A DNA stretch of 64,000 nt from Stylophora pistillata (lineage: Eukaryota): positions 199,433 through 263,432 of the forward strand of contig NW_019218148.1 of NCBI RefSeq assembly GCF_002571385.2, written 5' to 3'. Position numbers and translations under genes: made by a program. The notes beneath the pieces were generated by a model. It was not told the DNA's origin. It saw only the letters and a program-made list of their open reading frames with translations, and ran no database searches. Below, one piece after another: positions 40,301 to 52,401 of this stretch (the stretch's first letter is position 1; each line of letters starts with the position of its first letter).

Positions 40301-43300
40301 TTCACCTGCTACGCTTCAGTCGGTGAGTAGAAGAGAAACCAGCGTAAACTTCTTGGCAAAGTGTGGCAATGTGATGTAATTAATTTAAGCTTGTTTTTCT
40401 GGAAGCCACGAAATTGAATGTCAACATCATGCCATCATATCTTAACACTCCATTCGCTTTTCAACGGCGTACGTGGGTTCGTAAACAGACTGCAATTGAA
40501 TCCTATGTAGCATTCGTAAGTTTTATATTGAAACCAGTTTAAAGTTGTAAAGTGCATACACTTTACCATTATTTTATGGAGCATGCGCGAGCTCCGCCAG
40601 AGTACGTTAACAACCCACGTTCTGTTTACGTGCATAAGCATCAATGTGCTTAAAAACAGGCAGCGTTTGAATCTCTTTGAGCAGATAAGGCTTGCCAAAA
40701 GTTAACAGATTTGACCAATTTTTCCGTGTTGTTGGACTCTTGCAACCAAACCTTTTCCTCAAAAGGTATTTTATCATGTACTTTGATCGTAGCCCTCAGC
40801 GGAATTTGAACGCAAACTTATGTCGTTTCTCTAGAAGCTTACGTTCGAAGTTGTCTACTTTGCAGCGTTCTAATTTTTGCGCTGTTATGTGTCCTTTAGG
40901 TTACTGTCCCTGTGCCATCGAGCGCTGTTAATAGCTCCTCCCCTCTACAAACAGTTGCGACCATGAGCGCTGGAGCTAAGAATCCATTGGGTGAGTAACA
41001 TACTACAATATTGTTTTATCAGTTTTTTTCTTTATAATGATAGGAGTCTGTACCTTTTACACAACGGTAGCAATGTCAAGGCATGTGGTTTTAAGTTCAG
41101 CGGATACTGAATTTAAACTTTTTTTCCCTCAGCTGTTACAGTGTCAACTGCTGGACTTGTCACAGAATCTCAAGATACAGGAGGAATGAGGCCAACAAAA
41201 ACGCCTGTAAGTGGAACGAATCATCAATTCAACATACGGCTGGGAACACACCTTAGAATAGCTTTTCCCGGATGTTAACTCAGTAAACTGTGCGACAAAG
41301 CTAAAAGGAAAACAGGTTTGGGATAGGTCACGTGACCCGTTCGAAGCCCACGCGATTCGATCCAAGCCTCTCTCCTTTTTTTCGTTCTGCACCACTACCG
41401 CGCTTTAAATACTATCTGAAAGACTCGAATATGCTAGCCCCAAAAGATTAAATCCAGTTGACACCTGTTGACAAACCAAAGGGTATCCTGTTTTTCGTAG
41501 CACATCAGTCAAGTTGCAAGTCCATTTACTTAAGATTGTTTTTACCGTGTAGAGGCACAGAGATTCGGGTGAAAATTTTTCGTCGAGAATACAACACAGA
41601 AGAACCAGGGTTCCTCCCCCCAGACCTTTATAAATCCATAATCGAAGTGATAGGTAGATGTTTATAGGTTACGTATAGGTTGCGCAGACAGTCGGGTACC
41701 TTTTTAGCATAAAAACTTGACATTTCATGTTATTTTTGATACGAAGTCTCTTTTTTTTTTTTTAGCCGCCTGCCAAACAGACAAGACCTGTAACTGCAGA
41801 ACAGCGGGAGCAGTACAAGGTAAGCTAAACTGTTTGCACTTGATGGGAGACCTGTTACAAGACTAAAAACTGTACAAGTATACCTCCTCAATTAATTCTA
41901 AAAATTAAAACTCTCGCGATATGTAATTTGGCTTTATGCAATGAGTTTATAATGTAAATTGGCCACCGTAAAAAGTTAAAAAGCTGACGTTTCGAGTGTT
42001 AGCCCTTCGTCAGAACTGTTGTCACCCCCACTGACGCAACATCACAGTGGTGGAGGGGGGGGGTGGGGAAATCCCCATCTCAGTGCCTCAGAGGTAAGCT
42101 GAGGTTCGCTGTTTCCTTACTCTGAACTGTTCAGCTCAGACGGCCACCGCAAACAGTATAATAGTAAGGTAATTTGGTTATATTAACTTAGGAGTTTCTT
42201 TAGAAACTTACTCCCTTTATACATTACTCGATATCCATTCCTACCAACTCCACAATCATCATTCAGATTACAAAGGAGATTTTGGTTTTGCTTTTACCAT
42301 CGCTTCTCATAGAAGTGTGCAAATCAGTGAATTCCTTATGTTGAATTTCCTTCGGTGCAAAGTATGAAAAAAAGGGAATTCGTATCTTGAAATTGTGTCC
42401 GTCTCATCGGTGTGACTTATTTGATATAAATTAACGTGAAACGCTTTTTTCGCGCTGTTAGGAACACAGACGAATTTCGCACATCACAGCGGAACAAAAG
42501 AGACGTGGTAATATCAAAGTAAGTGTGAGAAGGAAAAGGTTGGTGGGTTTTTCAGCAGCTGACTCACCCACTCTGTCACCCAGCAAGTCAATCCTCAGTC
42601 AGCCAGTCATTTAGTTAGTCTGTCAGTTAGTCTGCCTGTCAGCTAGTTAACCAATCAGTCTGTCATTGGGTTGGTCACTCAGTCAGCCAGTCAGTCATCC
42701 TCCAGTTCTTGGTTTATTCCTTCTACTTTGTAGCTGGTGACTGTAATCAAGTCAGTAAAAACTTAGAATGATAGTAACGTATTGTGATCGGTTTGCTTTT
42801 GTCTAGATGGGCTTTGATCAATTGATGTCACTTGTACCGTCACTTGCCAGTCAAAGGAATTCCAAAGTGAGCAAAGCCACAGTTCTACAGAAAAGTAAGA
42901 CTCGTTTACTTTTACTCTAGAGCGCTTTTCGATTGCTTTTCATCAAACCAAAACCGAAGTAATCGCAACAGTCGAGCAAAACAAAGGAAAATACCTTAAA
43001 AGAGCCAATAAGATATCAAAACAAGACCGATTAAACTTTATCCTTGAGCGCTGGAAAACGCTGACGACCGAGATATGATTGGTTTCAGTTTTTCATCTTA
43101 TTGGCTAAGAGAGTGGCGTGAGTTTTCTGGACCAATCAGAGCAAAGTAAAGCAAGAACTAATCAATCCCGGATTAGTTTCGACACTTCTCAGTTTCTCTT
43201 AAGAATTTTTATGGAAATTAACAAATTCTCCCCAAACAAATCGTCATCAACTCAGTTTTACCATTCATCACAGTAGGCACATTGCCACAAGGTCGGCATT

Positions 43301-46300
43301 GTCTTGTGGTATCTCGTACGATTCCCTGTCAGTTTTGTCTGTTTCATTTCGTGTTGGTTTTTGTTTCAGCTGTTGAATATACTACCAAGCTGCAGCGTGA
43401 GAGACAAACTATGCAGGAAGAAGCTGAACTGCTCCGAAAACAGATCCAGGATCTAAATGCATCAATAAGGTGAGTGTATCTTTGCGATTAAGTGTTAAAC
43501 CTGGCTTTTACTAGCGACGCAAGCACTAACGCAGGTATATCTTCTATTTCATCGTGAAAACAGCCTCGATGCAAGCACCAGCACGAGCACAAGACAAAGG
43601 AAAAATTATGATCCTTGTACTTGTACTTGCGTCGAGGCCGTTTTCACAGTGAAATAAGAGCTGTCATCTTTGCATTTGTGATTGCGCTTGTACTTGCGCT
43701 TCTAATAAAAACCAGGTTTTACTGTTAAACTCACCTCATGCACGGCAAGGCAGCAGTGTTATAATGATAAAATGAAAATATCAGTAAAAACCCAACTTAG
43801 TCCTGCGTTTAGTTCTGCATGTTCGCCATTGGCTAGAGTGGATTTTTTTGTGAATAGATATTTCTAGTTCCCTGGCCCTTTTGATTTTTAGAACCCCAAC
43901 ACACAAGAAGGAGTTTATTTTTTAGGCATGGAGAATGATTTTTTACGTGTTTCCTTTGTAGCATGTGTCAACAGCAGCTTCCGGCCACAGGAGTACCAGT
44001 TGCAAGACAGGTAAATCCTTTGATACACCATATCAGTCCTTGAGTCCGTTTGATACATCAATATTATTGTTCACTTGTTTAAAGTTCCTGGTTTTCCTGT
44101 GGCAGTAGTTTGCGTTTTTTTGTATCGCTGTCCTTAAATAAACGTCATATCACTATATTTAACCCTAGTTGTATCACTAAATGAGTTTAAATCGCAGCAG
44201 ATGTCAGTACCACACAACTCTCCGTTAGCCTTCTTCTCTACCCTGTGTCTACACAAGCAGATAAAAGGGAAATAGGTGGTTCCTAGGGGGGATTTAATTT
44301 ACAAACTGCATGAGTAATATGTTCAAACTTCCCCTTTCCTTACCCGTGTTTCGATAATTGAGGTTATTTTGTGGACAATCCAAGAGACCTCATAATGATC
44401 GATTTCGGATGTCATTTTCTTAATGTTTCGTAAGGTGAGAATTACTTAGTCTGGGTATGGTGGATGCACTGACTCAGTAACTTAGACTTCATTTAAATAA
44501 GGAGATAATATAAAGTTATTCCGTCGTTCTTTGGCAGCGTGTTGATCAAATGTGGTCCATGTTTAACCAGTACGTGAAGACACGAACACAAGACAACTTC
44601 AAATTTTGGATAGTATCCTTTTAAGACAATTGTCCTTCTCTCTTTATTTATTTATTTATTTATTTATTTATTCTGGGGGGAGGGGTGGATGTGCACAACA
44701 AGAGCAAGAATACAGGACTCCAATGATCCGGTGGATTTCATTAAGTTTCTGGTCACATCTTTGAGCAGAGGCAGTTCCTTCGAACTCTTCGCGTACCTGA
44801 ATGACTTCCTTTACTCTTTTCTACGTACGCGATGCTTGCCTGTATTTCTACGGTTGTACAAAGAGGAACTGAGGTTTTCCTTGCCAGTGTTTTATGACTC
44901 TTTCTCATTCGTGCGGCTTTGAGCACCCGACTTTTTATGAGATAGAATAAATATATGAAAATCATATATTTTGAACTGTGGTATTTGATACGTATGATGC
45001 ACGATCCTCGCAGTAGATAGCGCTATTTAAGCAATAGCGAAAATCAGACCTGAAAAAAATCAGGCCTGTACGGGACTCGAACCACTGACCTCTGCGATAC
45101 TAGTGCAGCGCTCTACCAATTGAGCTAACAAGCCAACTGAGAGCAGGCCGTTAAGTTGATTCGTAATGAACCCGTGAAAGTGATAAATGAGATAGATTTA
45201 TATATTTATTCTATCTCATTTATCACTTTCACGGGTTTCACGAAAGTGATTTATCACTTTCACGGGTTCATTACGAATCAACTTAACGGCCTGCTCTCAG
45301 TTGGCTTGTTAGCTCAATTGGTAGAGCGCTGCACTAGTATCGCAGAGGTCAGTGGTTCGAGTCCCGTACAGGCCTGATTTTTTTTCAGGTCTGATTTTCG
45401 CTATTGCTTAAATAGCGCTATCTACTGCGAGGATCGTGCATCATACGTACCTGACTTTTTATGTTGATTTTAAGAGGTTCACAAGTTCACAAGTTGAATA
45501 CTGTACACTGATTGGCTCAGTTTCATTTCGCTGGTTAAAAAATTTCAACCACGCGATACCCCAGCAGTGCGGTGGTTTGACAATGAGTTTCTTAATCATG
45601 TGGTGAAAGCTTGAGTCTCGTATATTTGCTTGTTTTTGCTTGTTTTACACTAATTGTCCACATCTTTAACTCATCGTTCAGTTCAGCGTGCTGATGCGGC
45701 ACCTGTTTGAAGAGTATAATAACACGGTATCTACAGCCAGTGTGGAGGACTTCTGTAGAACAGTCATTGCGTGGCTTGAACAGCACTGTTCTCTACCCGC
45801 ACTGAGACCTGGTAAGTATTTGATGTTAAGTGTTTCCCTGTTTACTGCGCATGCCTATGTAGTGCGTTTACTGCGCATACTTCATTTTCAGCGTTTCTGC
45901 GCGAGCGTTTCTTCGCCGCGGTAAAGTTTGAGGCCTTGAGCAATGCTTGACGGCAAGGGTACTGGCACCAGGAACATACTAGTGCCAGACTCCCGGCAAA
46001 CCTCTCCCTAACTCGTCTCAGGTCTTCCCTGAGACGAGTTTGGGAGCCCGCTCACGAAGATAATTGTTAAGTGGCTACCCTCATGTATTATGTAAGGAGT
46101 CACACGAGAAGCCGAGGAAGCCTGAGACGAGTTTGTGTGGCAGTTCTTTGGGGTACCACATGATAAATCGTCTTGTAACTTGGCTTGTTCGATCAAGGCT
46201 GATCTTGGCCTCGGTTCAAAAAACCTAGCAGGTAACCACCCATATTGACCTCGAGCTGAGTCAGTAACGCACATATATTTATCCGTTCTCAGCGGCGTTG

Positions 46301-46477
46301 TCCTCGTTACGCGACCTTAGTAAAGCGACGTCGATCTTGTCTGACCCGTCTAAAGTTCCTGAGCAGGCGCTGAGAGCTACGGCCAATAGAGATCCTACGG
46401 ACTTGTCCGCCATGATTGCTCCTCCAGGTGCCAATGGTGGGGTCCGAAATGGAGGGGCGGCAGCTGGCTACAGTTGA
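28744..46477 (+). CDS. MLXIP: Mondo family bHLH-ZIP transcription factor (MondoA/ChREBP, MLX-interacting protein), ~1300 aa, ~20 coding exons
   Basis: Exons 28744-28913 (TLDENLSRLFECMRLEY), 30533-30642 (SPKWKNF..RLNNAIWRCWHIQY), 33789-33871 (CQFVNPL), 34101-34187 (LEGRYWRRK), 35391-35441, 35619-35680, 36563-36675, 37185-37301 (PDTLFT), 37715-37801 (LQPNLDEFM), 38200-40322, 40900-40990, 41133-41206, 41766-41819, 42462-42518 (RRISHITAEQKRR), 42807-42894 (VSKATVLQK), 43370-43469, 43962-44010 (QQLPATGVP), 44538-44612 (NFKFWI), 45682-45811 (WLEQHCSLPALRP) and 46293-46477. All phases are consistent (3906 nt). A possible in-frame N-terminal extension uses 27084-27120 spliced to 28694. Confidence 0.95.
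31294..31859. mobile_element. Truncated Penelope-like element with inverted pseudo-LTR, nested in LINE
   Basis: 13-bp TSD CATTTGATTCTAA at 31281-31293 and 31860-31872. ~130-bp inverted repeat at 31294-31422 and 31696-31824. The minus strand encodes a PLE endonuclease C-terminus (QRLTLESWFTNLEQTPLNRCQQLPAPY). Confidence 0.88.
31722..31766 (+). ncRNA. Minimal type I hammerhead ribozyme (Penelope-associated)
   Basis: TGACT-CTGATGA-T-GAC(loop)GTC-GAAA-CGTC-AGTCA: stem I, conserved core, stem II and GUC cleavage triplet. An inverted copy at 31352-31396 (-) has AUC instead. Confidence 0.8.
31986..32374 (-). mobile_element. tRNA-derived SINE nested in LINE
   Basis: Minus-strand head with A box (TAGTCCAGTGG) and B box (GGTTCAAGTCC), and a (TA)-rich tail near 31990. 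It interrupts the LINE frame between MLY and SLIYPF. Confidence 0.7.
32995..33716. mobile_element. Internally deleted PIF/Harbinger element
   Basis: TIR AGCCTGGTTCACA/TGTGAACCAGGCT with TTA TSD and subterminal GCGATC repeats. The plus strand has a MADF-like start (MEGEIDTEQFMEEIRKYDCLF, 33312). A convergent minus-strand stub resembles a transposase N-terminus (33527-33400). Confidence 0.75.
34205..34596 (-). mobile_element. tRNA-derived SINE with (TACTC)n tail
   Basis: Minus-strand head TAGATCAATGGATAGAGC...GGTTCAAGCCC and a (AGAGT)n microsatellite at 34205-34235. Confidence 0.65.
35856..36289. mobile_element. MITE
   Basis: TIRs CTTAAACATGAAGGCGCGCTATA / TATAGCGCGCCTTTGTGTTTAAG. Confidence 0.65.
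39162..39236 (+). repeat. Coding 21-nt tandem repeat (I[GA]NQPSQ)x3 in Mondo
   Basis: AACCAACCGTCGCAGATAGCA repeated in frame. Confidence 0.85.
41983..42016 (-). ncRNA. Minimal hammerhead ribozyme in Penelope pLTR remnant (Mondo intron)
   Basis: Minus strand CTGACGA-A-GGGCTAACACTC-GAAA-CGTCAGC next to the AAATTGGCCACCGTAA pLTR motif. Stem II has one mismatch. Confidence 0.6.
43497..43718. mobile_element. Harbinger-like MITE
   Basis: TIRs AAACCTGG.TTTTA.TAG / CTAATAAAAACCAGGTTT with TTA-like flanks and internal GCAAGCA repeats. Confidence 0.6.
44613..45681 (+). other. U12-type (minor spliceosome) GT-AG intron of Mondo
   Basis: 5' splice site GTATCCTTT at 44613. Branch-like TCTTTAAC at 45663-45670, about 11 nt from the AG, with no polypyrimidine tract. 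It joins NFKFWI|FSVLM in frame. Confidence 0.9.
44940..45449. mobile_element. Inverted (palindromic) tRNA-related SINE insertion
   Basis: Near-perfect ~200-bp arms at 44989-~45190 and ~45250-45449. tRNA-like modules at 45063-45134 (-) and 45303-45374 (+). Flanking direct repeat GACTTTTTATG at 44929-44939 and 45453-45463. Confidence 0.85.
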
Positions 46478-49400
46478 AAAGGAGCTAGGCCCACTGCTCT
46501 CGTTAAATAATGTTTCTTTAGTCTCTGCAAGTGGCATCTCAACATTCTTTGTAAAATTGTCGGCGAGGCTTTCCATTGACCCATTGACACCTCTTCGATT
46601 TAGAAGGAAACTTCCCTGCTTGAGGCACTCACTTCTAACTGGCAGCCGTTCAGTTTATTGCATTATTGCTTTTTGAAATGATTAATGCACCGTGTGGAGA
46701 AACTTTTGCGCCATGACGTATATAGTATTCACTTTACGAGACGACCGCCGAGCACGTGGCCTTAAAATTGGTCACACTCCACACTAGTCTACATGACGCT
46801 GGAAGTCAGAGCTCAACTTGACAATCCTTTTGACTAAGGAACAAAAGCAAGAAATAATTTTCAAAAAATACCAGGAAACACTTTGAAGTAAAAAAGGACA
46901 TGGTTCAGAAGGAGCGCAGCAAAATTTGTGTATTTGTGAATACGTTAATAAGTACGCTTCTTCGGCGTAGGAATGATGCTGTAGCTTTAGTATAGGAAGT
47001 ACTGGAATGGTAGAACGTTGGTGAGAAATCAGCCAATGTAACAGTGGTTCTTTTTCCAAGTTTGATTTTAGTTTTGTTGCCAGTTGAAATATGAGTGATC
47101 AAGAGACAAATGTGGTGATTCTTATAGAGTGAAGTCTAAGATACAAAAAAAAACCTGCATAACCTACAGATAACGAATTGTCGTGTCCAAAACCTGTAGA
47201 AGATTCGTCATTATTTTAGATCTATTTGTTCCCAGTATTCCAGAATTCCAACACTAGCTATTGATATCCATATCTATGAAGAAAGACGAAACTATAACTT
47301 GTACTATAAGCAGATATTCTTGAGCTGTAGTCGTCAAAGGACGGCTTTTTTTCCCCTAGAGTAAGCGAATACATTCGAATGCATTCCCATAAGCGAATAC
47401 ATCCCAATTCTGCTATCCAAACTGTCGCGTTTGTACACCATTCTCAACTCTCAGTCCCAGGAATCTTTTAGCTTAAAGTTGAGGAGGAGGTCTGGGGTCT
47501 GGATTGGCTTGACGCCCGACTGCTCCCGTTATGATCCATAAGTTATCCATCCGTCCCTTTGGTAGGTCATGTATGTAGTTTAATATATAGCGACTGGATT
47601 TGTATTGTACATTGTATTTTGCCAGTCTATTTGTATTTGGTTTCTCTTTTAATTTTTTTTTTTATTATTTTTTTTTATCACCATCACCGAGAGAGAGTCA
47701 TTGGTTATCAAAGCCTGCAACGGTACCATCTTTGACTTCGGGCTCTCAAAATATCCTCACAACAGTCACGTGTGATCACGTGCGTTTTCTAGCGCTTGGC
47801 TTTGTGACGTTTACTCGCTTCCACTTTTCATTGGTTAGTAATTATCCTCGTTTGTCCTGATTGGCTTTTGCTCATGCTTTGCTCTTGATTTATTGACACC
47901 TTATTAAAAACCTCTCATAAGAGAAAATAAGTCGTTGCAGCAGGTTTTCTTTCACCAGAGCGTTTCAAAATATAGTTATTTAAACTACGTTTTACCCACT
48001 CGCTGGCTTTGTCTTTAAACATAATTAAGACGAAATGAGCGACAGTTGTTTGGAGCTTTTGACGAGTCTGTGGTGAAGGCAGTTATTTAAAGAATTTTAT
48101 TTTTCCTTAAAGTTCATTTTAAAATATCATTTTTTTCTGATCTCTGAAGTGATGACGTTAGGCGAGCAGTTCGATTCGCCAGCTTAAGGTCAATTTAACC
48201 CTCAGAGAATAAGCAAGATAATTTTAATAGTTCTCTATGTCGCACTTTAAATGTGTCTTTGGTCGATAATTCTGTGTACAAATGGCGACTTGTTTCAATC
48301 TCGTCTGCCGATTATCTGGAGAAAAGGACGGACTCCATAAATTAAATCATTAAACTTTCGTGAACTACCTTATTCAACATGTAAACTGCAGTTCACAATC
48401 TCAAACTTGTATTTGTTTTACGAGAATAGCTCTGTTTATTCAATTATCCAGGTGTAATCATATTGTCGAAAGTTTCTGCGATGTAAATTTCGCTTCTGGC
48501 TAACTTAGTAACTAAATTAGTAGTTTTATACTGAAGGTAAGGTGCAAATGCAATTTGCAGTGAGCTGTAAGGGGGAAAAAGGAATTTTTACAAAAATAAA
48601 CTGCTTTTGTACAACAGCCTCTTAAATATATTATGCTGTTTCTTTTTTTAAGTTTAATTGGGCTAAGCCAGAAATAACGCATGGCTGGCTCAGACTTCTT
48701 AGCACTAATAAACTCATCTATGATAGAAAATATCACACGGAATTTTATTGTAGAGCACTTTTCGAAAGAGTGTCGTAAAACCAAAGTAAGCACAATGGCC
48801 ATAAAAAAAGGGCCCATTAGAACAACCCAAATGCCCAAAGCGTGGCAAAAAACGCGGGTGGTCATGTTGTGATTGGTTTTAGTTTTGCATCTGATTGGTT
48901 GAGAGAGTGGCGCTGGTTTTTTGGACCAATCACAGAGCGAAGTGAAGCAAAAACAAAGCAATCTCGGATTTGATAGATTCAACACTTACTTGAAAATTTC
49001 TTTATCAATACTTCCCATTAAAACAAACAAATCGAGGCGATAATCGTTGTGCTTTCTTTGACAAGAACACTCTGTCAACACAAAAAGTTAGTACAGGACC
49101 AGCAAAGGAGAAAATGGACAGAGCAAAGAGTTTTTAATTCTTGGTTTAAAGGGTTTGTGCCCCTTCGCGCCCATTGCAGCTTAGCGCTGACGTTGAATTT
49201 TAAATGGACGCCTGTTTTTAGATAGCTGATTGGAAATCGTTTATGTTACCGTTTACCATTGGCTTTATATGATATCTATCTCGGTAATCCTGTTTTCGTA
49301 AACGGTTCGGAATCAAGCCAGTAATAACACGGCGTACGACAATCGGTAAATCAATGAAGTGGCGTAAGTTTACTCCATTGTTTGGAGAAAAGGTTAAAGT

Positions 49401-51420
49401 CAAAAGCTCTGCGTATCTAAACTGTACCTTGCGATCATAATGTTGATTATATTTCACAGGTAAGTCCGTGGTTTCTTTCTCTTCCTCTTCCTCTTGAAGT
49501 GCTAAATTTTGGCAAAAGTACAACGAGAGATAATTATTTGACGGCACCTTTGTGTTTTTGTTTAATCAGTGTCGATGTATTTGCCGACTTCTTTCTCACA
49601 ATTACATTTCACCTTGGTCTTTCACATCATGTCGTCAAGATGCCGATTTTTTTCCATAATATATCGATTAAAAGTGTGTCTTGAGATGTTTTTATTGTGT
49701 TGTGTCCAACTGTTTGATTCTAGAGTCGAAGAATTGGCCTAATCATACTTTTCAATCCACCTACCATTCGATGGAATGACTTGGTTCCCGGGTGAAATTT
49801 CTTATTTGACAGAGACTTTGTCTGCATAAAGAAAATTCCAAGTCTGAACCCTTTCACCTGAATCACACATAAGGTCCCGAGAATAATGGAAATGATCAGC
49901 AACTGAAGAAGCTCTTGATTGTTTAACAAATTCTCCTCGTAAACACTTAAAGAAATTTATGGAAAATATACCACCTAGCAGCAAAAACGAAGCAAGTTGT
50001 AACTTGAATTGCACAAAGTGTTATTAAACGAAAGTTCCTAACATTGCTGATAGTAACAATCAATGTTGTTAGATTTTATCCGAGAAACCATCCTCAAGTG
50101 TTTCTGCTTGTTTTCTTGTTCGATTTCATCAGCCAGTTTGATTTTGAAGACCCTTTCAATTGCGTGAAAAAAGTTTGGACGGTTCACTTACGTTAAGTGT
50201 TAACACAGGGGCCCCACACAAGCGGAGTGTCTGGTCGTTTCTTCGAAATATAAAGAAATGTATGGGAGAATAGTGAAGAGTCGTAATATCGTAAACTTAT
50301 ATCAAGGAATGTCTATGTTAAGGCTCAAAATAAATGTAAACCTACCTCACTTGCTGTGTATTGTCGTTTCTGTGGTTCTAAATGGCGAATTTGAGCGATT
50401 TGGTAGATTTTGCGCTGAGTGTTACTTTACTTCTTCAACAGTAGGAAACCGCTATTGAATTGAAAAAGGGAAATTAACTTGGATAATAAATGACGCTTTT
50501 ATCAAAAAATATTCAAAAAATGTAACTCCCATTTAAAGAAAGAAGATGCCTGAAAAGCACCTTAAAAAGCGGCATCTTTTCATTGCTTTAATTAACGACT
50601 AAATTACGACTTGGCGAAAACTTAAGTCGTACATATACAATAATATCTCAGGAAATTTTCTACTTGAAGCGCATGAAAGTCATAATTTTCTCAACTCGAA
50701 AATTTCTCAGTTCAGATAAACTAGAAACTAACTAATTGGGCGAGAAATATTTATTAGAAGTGATTTAAACCGTGATAGAAAAGAATGACTCTATCATTTT
50801 AAAATTTAACACGGTTTGTCGGTTTTTCTGACACTGTAATGACAAGATAAAAGTCAACAAATATTGCGGCTTTAAATTCAACAACTGTAGTGCGGCAGTC
50901 GGCAGCTGGCACAGGATGAATGTAAACTTGCCTCAGATTAGCCCACACGGTTCGTTTTGGATTACCTTCGGTTTTTTCTGAAAACAGCATCGTTCAAACG
51001 CGAGGGTCGTTGAAAGGGGCGAAACTTTGACAGCATTGTTGATAGAGATTTATAGAGTATAAAAGAAAACTCGAATGTTCTTTGTTTTGAATATAAACAA
51101 CAAAATGACATTGTTTTTCCACTGTGATCATCACCTGCCATGATGTGCATAAAGAGAAGAATCTAATTGTGGTTTGAAAGATTACCTCAATTCACTTACT
51201 GATGGGGCAATTTCCGCCCAGTGAAGACTGCAGAAAACAGAAAATGCGAAGAAATTAACGCATATCAGGTGACGTTTATTTAAGGATCCCTTCTTGGTGC
51301 CAAATTGACGGCTTGGTTCGAAAACAGCTCTTTTTCTCCGGCTTCTTTTCAATCACTGCAAACAAATCAACAAAAGAACTGTGTTTCGTGCAAAAGAAAC
51401 GAGAGGGAATCAATTTCAAG

Positions 51421-52401
51421 ATGGCTGGAGAGGTCATTCACCTTGCCAGTGTGATTTGTCTATCCATCCTATCTGTTACCACAGTTTCAAGCAACCTTCT
51501 TCTTCTTATTGCTATTTGGAAAGACCCGCTCAATTGTTTTGACTCTCCAACGACGAGTTTCATTGTCGGTATAAGTTTAGCTGACCTTATAACCTCTCTC
51601 ACGACAGAGCCGTTCTTCGCGGCGTATTACTATGTGGCGTACACAAATGGAAGAGACGCAGTCAATGATGGTTTACAAACGCTCTTTACGGCAGGAAGCA
51701 ATATTTCTACTGTGGCTATCTGTTATTCGTTTCTGATCGTGTTGGCTTTGTCGTGGTCCCAGTACATAGCAATAAAATGTCCACACAGTTTTAAGAAAGT
51801 CGTCACTAAGAGAAACGCCATTATATTCAACATGCTAAGTTTGTTTTACTTGTTGTTCTTCATGAGTCTTCAATTTGGGGGAATCATGGATCAATTCACT
51901 TTTTTAAAACTCAATCTGGCCATAAACTCTTCTTTTCTATCTATTAACTTGGTGGTGGTTTTGTTTTTGTTAAACGCAGCTTTCCGACGTCATTTGAAGA
52001 GAAAACGCGCGTTCGAACATCCCGAGGAAAGCTATTCGCCGAGAAGCAGTCGAAAATCCCGCCGCGAAAATCTACAGCAGCAGTTTACAGCAGTTGCGAT
52101 GTATTTAGCTGCTATTTTGCTCTTATCCGCTCTACCACATGTCATTACAGCTCAAATATTCCTTTATCTATCAGAGGAGCTATCTCCACAAGCCAATAGA
52201 AATCTTCAGATTGCTCTCGAAATCTCCGATCTGTTGTTGTTCGCAAAAGTCTGCTTAGACGCGTTTGTGTATGCATGGCGTCTACCAACCTATCGTCGAG
52301 CGATGAAGATACTCTTTTTTCGGCGGGTAACGGAGAGGAGCGGATACATCAACGGGAGACATGTGAATCGTTTTACAGAAGTTTCGCTTTCTCCGCAGTA
52401 A
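51421..52401 (+). CDS. Single-exon class A (rhodopsin-like) orphan GPCR, 326 aa
   Basis: Seven hydrophobic segments. TM1 SN, ICL1 KDPLNCF, TM2 SLAD, TM7 DAFVYAWR and helix 8 YRRA. Start context ttcaagATGG. Confidence 0.88.
   Translation: MAGEVIHLASVICLSILSVTTVSSNLLLLIAIWKDPLNCFDSPTTSFIVGISLADLITSLTTEPFFAAYYYVAYTNGRDAVNDGLQTLFTAGSNISTVAICYSFLIVLALSWSQYIAIKCPHSFKKVVTKRNAIIFNMLSLFYLLFFMSLQFGGIMDQFTFLKLNLAINSSFLSINLVVVLFLLNAAFRRHLKRKRAFEHPEESYSPRSSRKSRRENLQQQFTAVAMYLAAILLLSALPHVITAQIFLYLSEELSPQANRNLQIALEISDLLLFAKVCLDAFVYAWRLPTYRRAMKILFFRRVTERSGYINGRHVNRFTEVSLSPQ

Noticed and set aside
45303-45374. tRNA-Thr(AGT)-like gene (and its mirror at 45063-45134)
   Set aside because: The anticodon and T stems are mismatched, and it is embedded in a TSD-flanked repeat, so it is treated as a SINE module.
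47767-47782. Double CACGTG downstream of Mondo as a ChoRE
   Set aside because: The spacer is 4 nt rather than 5, and it lies in a repeat-like 3' region.
48512-48985. 157-aa minus-strand ORF
   Set aside because: Overlaps a common CCAATCA-rich interspersed repeat (also at ~37930-38110 and ~42920-43180) and has no protein features.
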